Source: Prasinococcaceae sp. CCMP 1430
Taxonomy: Eukaryota; Plantae; Prasinodermophyta
DNA: 59,805 nucleotides
Assembly (NCBI GenBank): GCA_013416795.1
Contig: RQSC01000010.1
Location: 86,836-146,640 of the forward strand
Reading direction: 5' to 3'
Below are positions 29,937 through 41,060 of this stretch, one piece after another (position 1 is the stretch's first letter; every line of letters starts with the position of its first letter). Position numbers and translations under genes: made by a program. Below the pieces are notes generated by a model. The model was given only the letters and a program-made list of their open reading frames with translations, was not told where the DNA came from and did no database searches.

Positions 29937-31376
29937 ATGGGCACCCCGCGACTGCTGCAGCTGACGCTCGCCGTCGCCGCCGCCGTCGCCGCTGCACCAG
30001 CGGCGGCGGCGGCGATGGCGCTTTCGCCACCGGCGCTCGTTGGCGACGCGGAGATGACCGCCGAGCTGCTCTCGCACCTGTCCGCGCCGGACGGCATCGC
30101 CGTCTCTGCCTTCGTGGGCGTGGACGGCGTGCCCGATGCCCGCTCGCTCGCGCTGGGCACCGCGGTGCCCGCCGGTAGCGGGTGGATCGTGTACGTTTCT
30201 ACGCGGTTCGCCATCGAGGACGGTGCAGTGGTGTACGCCGTGCTCGACACCGACGCTGACGGCGTCGCCGACGAGGTGCGCGTCATCATCGACGACCTGA
30301 ACGTGCCCAATGGCATCGCGACGCGCGGGGGCGATCTGTACGTGGCCTCCGACGGCGGCGTTGTGCACGTCTTCCGCGACGCCGACGCGCAGGTGCTGGC
30401 GGGTGCCACCCAGCTGCTCGCGCCCCCAGAGCTCATCACCGACGCCTTCCCGCCCGAAGGCCATCATGGGTGGAAGTACATCGTCTTCAGCCCCGACGAC
30501 AACAAAAACAGCACCCTGCTGGTGCCCGTCGGCGCGCCGTGCGACACGTGCGACGCTCCGCCCGCCCCGAACGGCGTGGAGTTCAACACCATCTACGAGC
30601 TCGACGTGGACAGCGGCGAGCTGCGGGGCCCCATCGCGCGCGGCGTGCGCAACACGGTGGGCATCGCGTACCACCCCGACTCGGGCGCCGTGCTATTCAC
30701 CGAGAACGGCTCCGACGACCTGGGGGATGATCTGCCCGACTGTGAGCTGAACGTCGTGCCCGCGGCGGACGCGGCGAGCGCCGCGGCAGGCGCGGGGGAC
30801 GGCGCGGCGCCCTACTACGGCTTCCCGTTCTGCCACACGGACGGCAACCCGCTCGGCGACCCGTACGCCCGCGCGGCGGGGTCGGGCGAGCTCTTCCCCG
30901 ATCCGAAGCTCAACCCGGGCGGCAGCGTGGCCAATTGCTCCGCGCCTGGCGACTCCATGTCCGAGAGCGGCCGCCCCGCGGTCCAAGCGCTTGGACCGCA
31001 CACCGTGCCGCTCGGCCTAACGGTGTACGACAGCGACGTCGGTGGCGCCCACGCGCTCCCCGCCAAGTACGACCGCAGCGCCTTGGTGGCGCTGAAGGGC
31101 TCGGGGGCGCGCACGGATTTGATCGGGTACAGCGTGGTAGCCGTATACCTGTCGGAGGACGGCCAAACCAGCCTCGGCCAGGAGACTCTCCTGGAAGGCT
31201 GCCTTGCGCCGGTCCCCGACGACGTCAACCCCTACACTGGGGTCAGGTGCCGGCCGGTGGACGTCCTGCAGCTGCCGGACGGCAGCGTGCTCGTCTCCGA
31301 CGGGGAAACCGGCTCCGTCCTCAGGCTGAGCGGCGGCGCGTTCGAGGCGCCACCACCCTCTCCTGCTCCGCTCTGA
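29937..31376 (+). CDS. Secreted PQQ-dependent sugar/L-sorbosone dehydrogenase family beta-propeller (GSDH/AA12-like), intronless
   Basis: Signal peptide (MGTPRLLQLTLAVAAAVAAAPA), ARSLALG, LNVPNGIA, HHGWKYIVFSPD, VPVGAPCDTC, ARGVRNTVG, FTENGSDDLGDDLPDCELN, YGFPFCH, LGPHTVPLG, RPVDVLQLPDGSVLVSD. Alternative in-frame ATGs at 29844 and 29901. Confidence 0.85.
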   Translation: MGTPRLLQLTLAVAAAVAAAPAAAAAMALSPPALVGDAEMTAELLSHLSAPDGIAVSAFVGVDGVPDARSLALGTAVPAGSGWIVYVSTRFAIEDGAVVYAVLDTDADGVADEVRVIIDDLNVPNGIATRGGDLYVASDGGVVHVFRDADAQVLAGATQLLAPPELITDAFPPEGHHGWKYIVFSPDDNKNSTLLVPVGAPCDTCDAPPAPNGVEFNTIYELDVDSGELRGPIARGVRNTVGIAYHPDSGAVLFTENGSDDLGDDLPDCELNVVPAADAASAAAGAGDGAAPYYGFPFCHTDGNPLGDPYARAAGSGELFPDPKLNPGGSVANCSAPGDSMSESGRPAVQALGPHTVPLGLTVYDSDVGGAHALPAKYDRSALVALKGSGARTDLIGYSVVAVYLSEDGQTSLGQETLLEGCLAPVPDDVNPYTGVRCRPVDVLQLPDGSVLVSDGETGSVLRLSGGAFEAPPPSPAPL

Positions 31377-32140
31377 CAATCGACGATTGATTGACCGCTG
31401 GCACCTCTGACCGTCGAACCCACCAGGCTCACGGCAGCCTGCCACCCCGTCCGCCCCGCTTTTGCCGCCGCGACGCCCACGACACGTAAGCCCTGTCGTC
31501 GTGAGGACCACGCCCGCCGCCGCCGCCGCCGCCGCCCGATAGCCCGAGGTAGCAGCGGTGCAGTCGCGTCGTCCCTTCGCCCCCTCAAAGTCATAGGCGG
31601 CGCCCAGAGTGGTCTGCTGCTGCTTGCTGCCATTTTTGGGGGCCGCCGCCGCAGGGCGCGCGCGCGCGCGACCAAAAAATCAAAATCAAAATCAAAAAGG
31701 GCATCCGCGAAATCGCCGCACGGGCGCGGCCATCAAAACCCACCCGGAGGCGCGCGCCCGCGCGGCCGCCGCGCGCGCGCGGGTCCCCCTCGCGCGCGCT
31801 ATTTATCCCAATATTAATTCGATCATTACAGGTTCGGATGATGATATACAGCGGAATTATATGAGCGTGTATGTGAGGATTTTCACGGTCTGCGCGCCGT
31901 AATGAGGGTCTTTGGGGAAATGGAACACTTATCCGCGCCGGCCCGTCCGCAGGCCGAGCGCAGGGGCCGCGCCAAAAAAAGAAAAAAAAAGGGCGCGGAT
32001 TCGGTCGATTTCGCGGGCGCGGTTTGCGGTGCGGCGCGGCGCGCGGCGCGGGCGCGGCGATGGCCCGCGCGAGCTTTGCGGAGCGCGATTTCGGAGGGCG
32101 GATTCGCGCGGATTGCGGCGTGTGGCGCGCGCGCGCTCCG

Positions 32141-32253
32141 NNNNNNNNNNNNNNNNNNNNNNNNNNNNNNNNNNNNNNNNNNNNNNNNNNNNNNNNNNNN
32201 NNNNNNNNNNNNNNNNNNNNNNNNNNNNNNNNNNNNNNNNNNNNNNNNNNNNN
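32141..32253. other. Assembly gap (N-run) hiding the 5' end of FLU
   Basis: 113 N. Confidence 0.99.
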
Positions 32254-32254
32254 C

Positions 32255-33304
32255 GCCGCTGCCGCGCTCGCGGCGGCGCTTGCGCTGCCGGGGGCGCCGC
32301 CCGCGTCAGCCGCAGAGGCGCTGTACCAGAACCCGAGGCTCGAGGGCCTGCGGCTGGAGGCGCTCGCGCGCGACCGCGCGGCGAAGGAGGCGCTGAGCGA
32401 GGAGCGCGCCGAGGCGGAGGCCGCTGCGCTCGAGGCAGATGCCGCCGCCAAGGCGCTCTTCGCCGAGGAGCGCGCCGCCGCAGAGGCGGCCGCGCTCGCG
32501 GCCGACGCCGAAGCGCGCGCGAAGCTCGGCGAGGAGCGCGAGATCGCCGAGGCGGCCGCCCGGCAGCAGGCGATTGAATCGGGCAACCTTTGCGTGACCC
32601 CCTTCGGGATCGACATCGTGGGTGTGTCGGAAACGATTCTGGCCATCGGCGCGCTGTCGGGCGGCCTGGCGGCCAACGCGCGGAAGCAGGAGGTCGAGGA
32701 GCTCAACGACAAGCTGCGCACCATCAACCTGCAGCTGCGCCAGGAGGCGCGCTCGGGCACGACGTACGCTCCGGGGCTGGTCTACGCGCCGCCGGGGTCG
32801 GCAGGCGAGGCTGGCGCCAGCGACGCGACGGAGGCGGCCAGCGGCGACGCGGATGCGCAGCACACCGCGGACACGGTTGGCGTGGTTGCACCGCCGTGCG
32901 ACCAGGGGCCCATCCACGACAGCCTGCAGGGGGGCAAGCAACTGCTCAACGAACCGGGGAAGCTCACCGATGCGCTGCTCAATTTTGAGAAGGCCCTCCT
33001 GCTGGCGAAGGGCGCGGAGGACAAGCTGCAGGAGCGGCGCGCGGTGCGCGGCATCGCGGCCGTGAAGCGCCGCCTGGGGCAGCCCCAACAGGCGATCACG
33101 CAGCTCAAGCGCGTGTTGTCGCTCTCCGACCAGATCGGCAACCACGCGGGCGACATCGACGCGCTTGGCACCATCGCCGACCTTTACGCGGAGATGGATG
33201 ACTACGAGATGGCGGCCAAGTACTATGACATGTACATCGAGGGCATGACCTCGGACAAATTTGAAAAGGTGGATGAGCCCTCGACCACCGAGTCAATGCG
33301 GTGA
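32255..33304 (+). CDS. FLU: FLUORESCENT IN BLUE LIGHT (FLU/FLP) TPR regulator of tetrapyrrole synthesis, 5' end in the gap
   Basis: LCVTPFGIDIVGVSE, TM helix, ARKQEVEELNDKLRTINLQLRQEAR..YAPGLVYAP, C-terminal TPRs ending GTIADLYAEMDDYEMAAKYYDMYI. Confidence 0.9.
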   Translation, partial: AAAALAAALALPGAPPASAAEALYQNPRLEGLRLEALARDRAAKEALSEERAEAEAAALEADAAAKALFAEERAAAEAAALAADAEARAKLGEEREIAEAAARQQAIESGNLCVTPFGIDIVGVSETILAIGALSGGLAANARKQEVEELNDKLRTINLQLRQEARSGTTYAPGLVYAPPGSAGEAGASDATEAASGDADAQHTADTVGVVAPPCDQGPIHDSLQGGKQLLNEPGKLTDALLNFEKALLLAKGAEDKLQERRAVRGIAAVKRRLGQPQQAITQLKRVLSLSDQIGNHAGDIDALGTIADLYAEMDDYEMAAKYYDMYIEGMTSDKFEKVDEPSTTESMR

Positions 33305-33626
33305 GCGAGGGTGCGCGCACGCACACCGCGTGGGTGCGGCGAGAGGAGAGACAAGGCATGCGACGGGCGGCCGAGGGGGCAGGGCCCCTCACGCGAGCAT
33401 CAAGCCGGTGCAACTCAGCGGTTGCTGCGGGGGCGCTGCGTGCTCGCCATTCTAATGCCACATTGGTTTCACAGCACGCGCACCGTGCTGCTGTTCCGCG
33501 CGTGCCCGCGCGCTGCTGCCCGCACCAGACGACCCAGCAATCGACTCCCCCCGTGATTATGACCCATGCGCGCGCCAGCACGTGCTCGCTCGCTCGCTCT
33601 ACTGCTACGATTTTAGCGGACGCGGC

Positions 33627-35910
33627 TCAGACCCTGGTCCTGTCGAGCAACTCCTGCGCGGCGGCGAAGCGCTGCGTCACGCTGCTGATGAAGTCCTCCG
33701 TTGGCCGGGCCGACAGGCTGCGCGCCGAGCTTGAGAGCGCCGCGAAACCGGCCGACGCGCCCGACGCGCCGGCGCCGCCGCCCGAGGCCGACACGGAGAG
33801 AGCGGCCATACCTGCAAGGACCCCCACATGGTCATCCTCCGCGCCAAAACGCCCTTGATCGCGCGCGTGCATGCTCGCATGATCGCGCTCGATGCTTGCC
33901 GAGACGCTCTCGCGCGCGGCCTGCTTGGCGACGTGCCCCACGCGCGTGAGCTCGGTCTCGGCGAAGCGCATGCGTCCCTCCATGACTGTCATGCGCGCGG
34001 CGGCCTCCTCGGCGGCGCGTTCCGACTTCGCTGCGAGCCCCTCAACGCGCTCTGCGAGCGCGCTCATGGCGTCCGACATCGCGGCGAGGGCGGCGGAAGC
34101 ACCCCCCGCGGCCGCTTCGCCGCTCGTCGTTTGGGATGAGCGCTGCGAAGCCGCGGCGCGCTTGGACTGTTGTGCTGCCTGCATCGATCCGAGCATCTCC
34201 TCGAGGAACGCGATGCGTTCCGCTTGCTCGGAGAGCTGCCGCCTCAACGCGGCGCCGCCGTCGTTGCCACTGCTCGCGACACCGCTTTCTACCACGTGCG
34301 CGGACTGGCCGGCACGTGCGCCCTTGGCGGGCTGCAGGTCGAACTCGAAGTCACCGTCGTCCTGGACGGCGCCACGCGCGCCGAGCGGCTGGCCGCTGTC
34401 AGTTCGGGCTACCGCCTTCGGCGCACTCAGTGGCGCTCACGTTCTCACGCGCGCGCGTGCGCACCTTTGTCTCCGCTGGCGGCAGCTGCTGCGCCTGCGG
34501 CGATGGTTGCGGCGGCTGCGACAGCTGGGGTGTGCCATGCACCTCGGCACCGCCCGCGGTTCTGCCTGCCCGCTGCACCTCTGCCGCCTGAAACGCCACG
34601 AGCTGATCGGCGAGCGACGAGCTGTGAGCGTGCGCTTGCGCGTGTGTTTGGGTGTGCGCGCGCGCTTCACCTGCGCTGGCACCCAGCGCGCCAACGCTCA
34701 TCGCGCTCGCCGCCAGCGTAGACGCCGACGCCGCAACCACGTGCTGGTTTTCATCGGCGTGGTTCGCATACGAGCTCATGGTGCTGCGGTCGGAGCGAAC
34801 GAGCGCCGCGGTGGGGATTGCGCCTGAACGCGCCTCCCGAGGGTCGAGCGCGTGCGACGCCTGTTCCGCCCGCCCGCCGCTGGTGCGCAGCGCGCCCGCG
34901 CGCTGCGCCGCCCAGAAGTGCATTCCCTGGCGCATCGTGGGCGCCGGGACGCTGGCCTCGCCCACAGCGACTGCGCTTTGGCTCTCGTTGACAAGCTGCA
35001 CGCGCGAGACCCCTGCCCCCGCGCCAGTACTGGGCGCACCATTCATGGCCGCGCCTGCCTCTGAAGCTGGTGCCTGCGGTGGCCAGTGTGACTGCACCTG
35101 CAGCATCGGCGCGACCGCGGCCGTCGCGCCTTCCGGCTGTTCGGCGGCGCCCAGCGCGACGCGGCCGCCAAAGAACTTGAGCGTGGGCATCTCGACGTCA
35201 CCCATCGCGCCGAGATCAATCGCGTCATCGGCGAAGCTCGCGGTGGTCTCCGCTCGGCTGTACTCGCTCGCGACGTACGCTCCCGCGGCGGGCGCCTCCC
35301 TCTCCCGCGCCGACTGCGCGGTGCGTGCGGAGCGGGCCGCGCGCGGGGGCGCCGCCACGACGGCGGCGGCTGCCGAAGCGGGCCTGCGTGTTCGCGCGCT
35401 CTGGGCGGAGCGGCTGCGTTCGCCACGGTCGTCGCGCTGCTGGGGGGCGCGCTGCGCGAGCTGCTGGCGCTGCGCGAGCGACGCGACGCGCGGCACCTCC
35501 CCCGCAGCGTGCTGCTGCGCGGCGAGCCTCCCCTTTCGCACGAGCTCGTTGTGCCTGCGCTTGGCGAGCCCTACGGCGTCCCTCAGCAGCAGCATCTTGC
35601 GCTCGGCAAAGCCCGCTGCGAGCACCTGCGCGGGCGCGAGCGCGGCGCGGTAGCCGAAGAGCTCGCGCAGCACGCGCAGCGCGCCGTCGACGAAGCGCGC
35701 GTCGCTCGCGCCCAGCAGCTCGAAACCCGCGGCGGCGATCGCGCGCGCCACGTGCCGCGAGAATCCCAGCAGCACGTAGTGCAGTACGGGCAGCGTCGCG
35801 CGCGGCTCGCCGCGCAGCAGCCCGCCCTCGTCGAGCGGCGCCGAGTAACGCACCGAGCGCAGCTCGCGGGCGAGGCCCGCGAGGTTGCCGCGCGGATCGC
35901 CGGTCGCCAT
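33627..35910 (-). CDS. CEP44: Centrosomal protein CEP44 homologue, at least 2 exons
   Basis: N-terminus MATGDPRGNLAGLARELRSVRY...GEPRATLPVLHYVLLGFSRHV...SDARFVDGALRVLRELFGY...GFAERK matches the CEP44 domain. Intron 34464-34389 joins a C-terminal coiled-coil exon 34388-33627; another intron near 34670 is possible. Confidence 0.85.
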
Positions 35911-36948
35911 CGCGCCCCGCGCGCGCGCGCGCGGGTCGCCATCTCGCGCCCGCGCGCCGCCGCCGGCGGAGCTGCGGGCGTGCCACCCTGTATTCGCGCG
36001 CGCGCGTTTCCCGCCAGTCGCGCGCGCGCGCGCGCCCTCGGGGAACCGCGCTGAAAAGAACCCTACTCATCACAAAAACCTCAAATACGTACAGTCCTTC
36101 TGCAAGTTGAGGTTTTCGACGATCGCACGCACTGCACAGGCACAGAGGCCGGAGCGCCCGCCCGCCTCGTCACTCCTCTGGCCGACGGGGGTGCTGCTCG
36201 CATGCAGCCCAGCCGCGCTGAGTGAGGCGGCGGCCACTTTGCCTGTCAGTCATGGCCTCGGCCGGTGGGCGGGCGAGTCCCAGCGCCCGTCGCGGCGGGC
36301 CTGCCGCAGCCTCTGTGGCGCGCCACCGGCCGGCCGAGCATCTCGCCTCTCGCCTCTCCCCCTCTGGCCGGCCCCGCATGCAGGAGCGCGCGCTCGAGAG
36401 CCGAGGCCCCTCCGCCGCGCCGCCGCGCCGCGTACAGTGCTTGCGCGACCGCACGCGTGCAGCACAGGCCCTCTGGCCGTCGACCACGCGCGACGGCGTC
36501 CGGGGGAGGAGGGGGGGGGGGGGGGGAGGAGTGGCGCCGGCGGCGCTGGCGCCACGTGCCGCCACACCGCCGCAGCGCAGCCGTCAATGCACCCATTTTG
36601 AGACAATGCAATCCGTCATTCTATCCGCTTTTGACGTATTAAAGTGAATCTTTTAAGTACTTTACGGTAAATAATTGTGTAATGCGCGTATTCAATTGGA
36701 TGCTGAGCGGCGAGCGGGGGCGCGCGCCGGGCACGCGCCACAGCGCGCGCTCGAGCGGGCGGGGGTGCGTGGAGGGCGTCAGGGCGGGGCGGTGGCGGCA
36801 TTGTTCTGCGCGCGCTGGCGGGGGGGGGCGGGCGGGGGGGGCGGGGGCGGGGGCGGATTGGGATCGCGGGCCGCGGGACGGCAGAACGCGTGCGGCGCAT
36901 CGCGCGCGATCCCACCCCAAGCCCTCGCTCTCCACCCCGCCGAGCGCG

Positions 36949-38861
36949 ATGGTGATGACGCGCAACCAGCGCAAGTCGCTGGGCGGCGGCGCGCGAGTCG
37001 CGGCGTCGCCTGCGCGCAGCGGTGGCGTCATCGGCGGCGACGCCCATCTCAAGGGCGGCAAGTGGAACGCCTTCGGCGCGCGCAAGAAGGGCTTCGTGTC
37101 CGAGGCCGCCTACCAGCTTTGGCCCTTTCCATTGATGGTGCTCTCGCCGCTCATGAGCCTGCTCACCATCTACACAGTCGACAAGTACCAGGTGCGCGGC
37201 CGGCCGCGCTGCCGCCGCGGCGAGCGCGTGCGGATCCGATTGCGCGCGTGCGCAGGAGAGATGCGCTCGCGCGCGCGATCCCGAGCGCTTGCGAATCGCC
37301 GGCGAACGCGAGCACCATCCGACCACCAACCAGCCGCGCGTCGCACCATGTCGAACCTGAGCGCGCTCGACCACGCTGACCCCATCCTTTCCCCACATCC
37401 CGCGCTGCGCTCGCGCGCCCGTTGGGGCGCAGGGCTCGATGCTTGCAATGTTCGAGGCGATCGCTGCCGATCCGAGCCGCTTCGCGTCGGAGTGCTGGGC
37501 GTGGTGCAACCCCTTCCAAGGCAACGGCGCGGCGTGGTCGGTCCCGCTGACGTTCATCGCGCTACAGTGGGTGCTCTTCCTGATCGCGCCGGGTCACCCC
37601 ACGCGCGTGATGGGCCCCTCGGGTGTGAGCGCAATCTATCCGGCCAACGGCTTCGCAGCGATGTTCGGCACGGCCGCGTTTTACTACTGTGCGCACGTCG
37701 GCGGATATCTGAACTTCTTCGACTTCGTGCGCGAGTCGTACGCGCACCACGGCGAGATCACCTGCGCGCTCAACATGATCGGTTTCGCCGCCACCGTGCT
37801 GCTCTACCTGCGCGGCCGCTTCTCGCCTGACTGCGGGGACGCCAAGCTGGACGGGCCGCTGCGCGACATGTACTGGGGGGTCGAGCTCCACCCGCTCATC
37901 CTGGGCACCCGCGTCAAGCTGCTCTGCTGCCGCGTTGGCATGATGTACTGGACCCTCATGTGCGTGACTGCGCCCGTGCTCTCCGCGCTCAACTCAGACA
38001 CCGGCTTGCCCACGAACGCCATTCTCGCCTCATGCGCCATCCAGATGGTGTACAACGTCAAGTTCTTCCTGTGGGAGGACGGCTACATTAACTCGATGGA
38101 CATGGCCGTTGACAAGGCGGGATTCATGATCTGCTGGGGCTGCCTCGCCTATGTGCCCTCCGTGTACACGCTCGTGTGCTACTACCTGGCCAAGATGGGC
38201 CCCTCCAACGATGTCATCACCGTGCCGATGGCGGTGGGCATGTTTGTGGCCGGCATGGTGCTCACGCTGCTCAACTACTGGGTTGACGTGCAACGCACAC
38301 GCTTCCGCGACTCTGACGGCAAGGAAAACATCTGGGGCGCCAAGCCGGTCGTGCTGCGCGCGCCCTACGTCACCGAGGACGGCAAGAAGCGCATGTCGTG
38401 CCTGCTCTGCTCCGGTTGGTGGGGTGCGTTAGGCGGTGCGCGCGCGATGCGAGCGCAGTCGCGCGAGCTTCAGTGCGCCTGCGGATCGGCCGGATCGGCT
38501 CTGACGCGCGCCAACCCACACTGACCCCCCGCCCCCCCTGCCTTCTTCCCTCGCCCGGCTCCCATCGTCCTGAACCTCACGTCACACCACTGTGCGCGCG
38601 GCGCTCGCAGGCGTCGCACGCGACATCCGCTACACCTTCGAGGTTGCCGCAACGCTGGCATGGACCGTTCCCTGCCTCTTCACGAACTTCGTGCCGTACT
38701 TCTACGCAGCGTTTCTCACCGTCCTGCTCATCCACCGCGGTGAGCGCCACGACCGCCGCTGTGCAAAGAAGTACGGTGACGTGTGGACCAAGTACTGCAG
38801 CATCGTGCCCGGTCGCTGGTTCCCCACGGCCAAGTCCTTCAAAGAGAAGCGGGGGAACTAA
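36949..38861 (+). CDS. DWF5: Sterol delta-7 reductase (DWF5/DHCR7, ERG4/ERG24 family), 3 exons
   Basis: YPANG, YWGVELHP, CRVGMMYW, KFFLWEDGYINSMD..DKAGFMICWGCL, LLCSGWWG, CAKKYGDVWTKYC..VP. Exons 36949-37191, 37433-38423, 38611-38861. Confidence 0.88.
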
Positions 38862-39350
38862 ACAAAGCCAGCCTGTTTGCGCTCACGCATGAGCGTGCTC
38901 GCACGGGCCCTGCTCGACGGGCACGTCGCCCAAGGTACGCCGAACGTGCGCGTGCATGCCTGCTCTTCATTAGGCGCCAAACGACCCTGCTCCCAGTCTC
39001 CATCTTCCTAGGTCTCTCTAGAGCTCTACTAGCAGTAGGCGACAGAAGCGGCAGATGTAATCACAAAACTCCCACGAATGGCGACGCGCGCAAGCGCGCG
39101 TACGCGCGCACCACATCCGCAACGAGCGCGCGCGCTCGAGCACACGCGGCCTTCAATGACCGCAGCTCCGCAGCACAGAGGGTTGGATGCGCAGGGCCAT
39201 TCGCTCAGCCGCGCCGGTGCGAGCCCACGTGTACGCCGCCGCGCCGCGCGGAAAGAGGTCCCTGCCGCGACGCCTTTGAGTCAACTTTCGTACTACCGGC
39301 TATTACTACCCGTGTCATCCTGAGGCGCGCGCGAAACTAACGGACATGTC

Positions 39351-41060
39351 TCAGCTGATGGCGCAACTGCACTCTGGGGCGTCCCCGCCTGGAGCGCTTG
39401 CGCCAGCAACCTTCTCTCTGCCTTGCCGAGCGGGGCCTGCGGGATCAATGTCGACGAACATGATGGTGATGTCGTCTCGCGGGTGGCCCGAATAGACGCG
39501 CTTCTCAACGGCGGTGCCAATGAGACTGGCCGACACGCGCTCAGGCTTTCCGTGGTTGATGCGCGCGCCGAGCTTGGCCGCCGGCGCCTTCGAGCCGTCG
39601 ACGCCGCCCAGTGCTAGTCTGGAAGACACGCAGTCCCAGAGGCCGTCACTTGCAAGCACGATGCGCGCCATTTCTCCTACGTGCACTTTCGCTTGGGAGA
39701 ACTCCGGGTCGGCGATGACGCCGCAGCCCCACCCACGGTCACCGATAGTGCGGCTCACGCCCATTGACGCTCCGTCCGGACGAATGAAGCGCGGCGCCGA
39801 TGTGTACCCGTTCTGAGTGGACATCTTGGCCACGAACGGCACCGCCGGCACCGATACGTCACTTGCGGACTCCTCTTCCAGCGAGTTGACCGAGCTGCGC
39901 CGCGCGTGTAGCAGCGCCCTAGCACCGGCAATACCACCTCGGATGGAACCCTCACTCGCCTGCATGCGCAGCGCGCGCGAGTAGGCGTCCGTGTCATTGA
40001 TTTCGCCTCTGGACTCAATCTCAGCCGCATCGCCACCTTGAAGCATTGTAGAGATCCGGCTGAGCTTGTCGACATCCTGGCGTGGCACCACAAGCACACC
40101 ATCGTGGCCTGGCGAGGGACGGGGCAACGCACGATCGAAGGAGGACGAGATGCCATAGCGCTCCTTGACGCTGTCGCGCAGGCGCTTCTGCTCGGCAGGG
40201 GTGCCTGGTTTGTGGTCTGTTGTGAGGTCGCGGACTCGCGCAGCCTCGGTTGCGCCTCCCGTCTCTGGCCCACCCCAGGTGAGCATTGCCGCGCGAGAGT
40301 CGCCTACCCAGGCGCTCAGCACGTCAACAGTCTTGCCGGCAGGGCAGTACTTGAGAAAGATGAGCGTCGCCGTGGTTCCTCCATGCATTGTCGAACAGAC
40401 GTGCTTGTCGAGCTCAACGAACGCCGTCGACACGCACTCGAGCAGCAGCGGGCTCCATGCTTCTTGCGTGTCCAGCGTCGTCTCGACTGCGTAGGTGTCT
40501 GATGTCTTGGACGCTCCGGGGGGAGGAGTCTGCAGCTCCGCCTCCTTGCGATCGATCGCGGCCGAGATGCGGTGCAGCAATTCTTTCGTGGCCAGTGTCG
40601 AAGCAGAGGGTCCGTTGTGCCCGTCATATACAGCGTAGGCTGCATGGGCATGCCGCGCGAGGCCCTCCAAGCCCGGCACGCCCGCGAGGACCTCGGCAGC
40701 CGCCCATCGATCCTCGTCCTTGTGTGCAGGCTGCTGGGTGACGCCGAAACACCATGGCATACCTGCTGCTGCGCCCGGCGATGCTGGTCCCTGCCCCTCC
40801 GCGCAGGCTTGCGTCGAGCCGGCTGTGGTTCGCAGTGCCTTGACGTACCCGTTGCCAGTTTTCTTCCCCATCCTGCGGCCGCCCTCGAGGGGGCCCATCA
40901 TCACGCGCCCCGATCCCGGCGCGGTCTGCTGTCTGTCCACACCCCCGCCCAGGGCCGCGGCCGCTCCCGACTTGTTCGCTTGCCCACCACCCTGGGGCGG
41001 CAGGTGCTCGGCCACGGCGATCCTGGCCATCGAGTGGACGTTGTTGGCGCCCTTGCCCAT
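39351..41060 (-). CDS. Protein phosphatase 2C (PPM family) with C-terminal CaaX
   Basis: KDEDR, VYDGHNG, GGTTAT, AWVGDSRA, LTTDHKP, VSRTIGD, VLASDGLWD, DDITI; ends ECSCAIS*. Confidence 0.9.
   Translation of the reverse strand: MGKGANNVHSMARIAVAEHLPPQGGGQANKSGAAAALGGGVDRQQTAPGSGRVMMGPLEGGRRMGKKTGNGYVKALRTTAGSTQACAEGQGPASPGAAAGMPWCFGVTQQPAHKDEDRWAAAEVLAGVPGLEGLARHAHAAYAVYDGHNGPSASTLATKELLHRISAAIDRKEAELQTPPPGASKTSDTYAVETTLDTQEAWSPLLLECVSTAFVELDKHVCSTMHGGTTATLIFLKYCPAGKTVDVLSAWVGDSRAAMLTWGGPETGGATEAARVRDLTTDHKPGTPAEQKRLRDSVKERYGISSSFDRALPRPSPGHDGVLVVPRQDVDKLSRISTMLQGGDAAEIESRGEINDTDAYSRALRMQASEGSIRGGIAGARALLHARRSSVNSLEEESASDVSVPAVPFVAKMSTQNGYTSAPRFIRPDGASMGVSRTIGDRGWGCGVIADPEFSQAKVHVGEMARIVLASDGLWDCVSSRLALGGVDGSKAPAAKLGARINHGKPERVSASLIGTAVEKRVYSGHPRDDITIMFVDIDPAGPARQGREKVAGASAPGGDAPECSCAIS

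Noticed and set aside
29187-29964. His-Thr / Cys-Val repeat ORFs
   Set aside because: Translations of the (CA)n microsatellite and N-gap; the same applies near 57400-58100.
31838-31910. C/D snoRNA candidate (ATGATGA box C)
   Set aside because: No proper CTGA box D or terminal stem, and no convincing rRNA guide; more likely AT-rich promoter DNA of FLU.
36170-36611. Possible small gene between CEP44 and DWF5
   Set aside because: Several overlapping short ORFs, none with a recognisable motif, and a G-homopolymer makes the frame unreliable.
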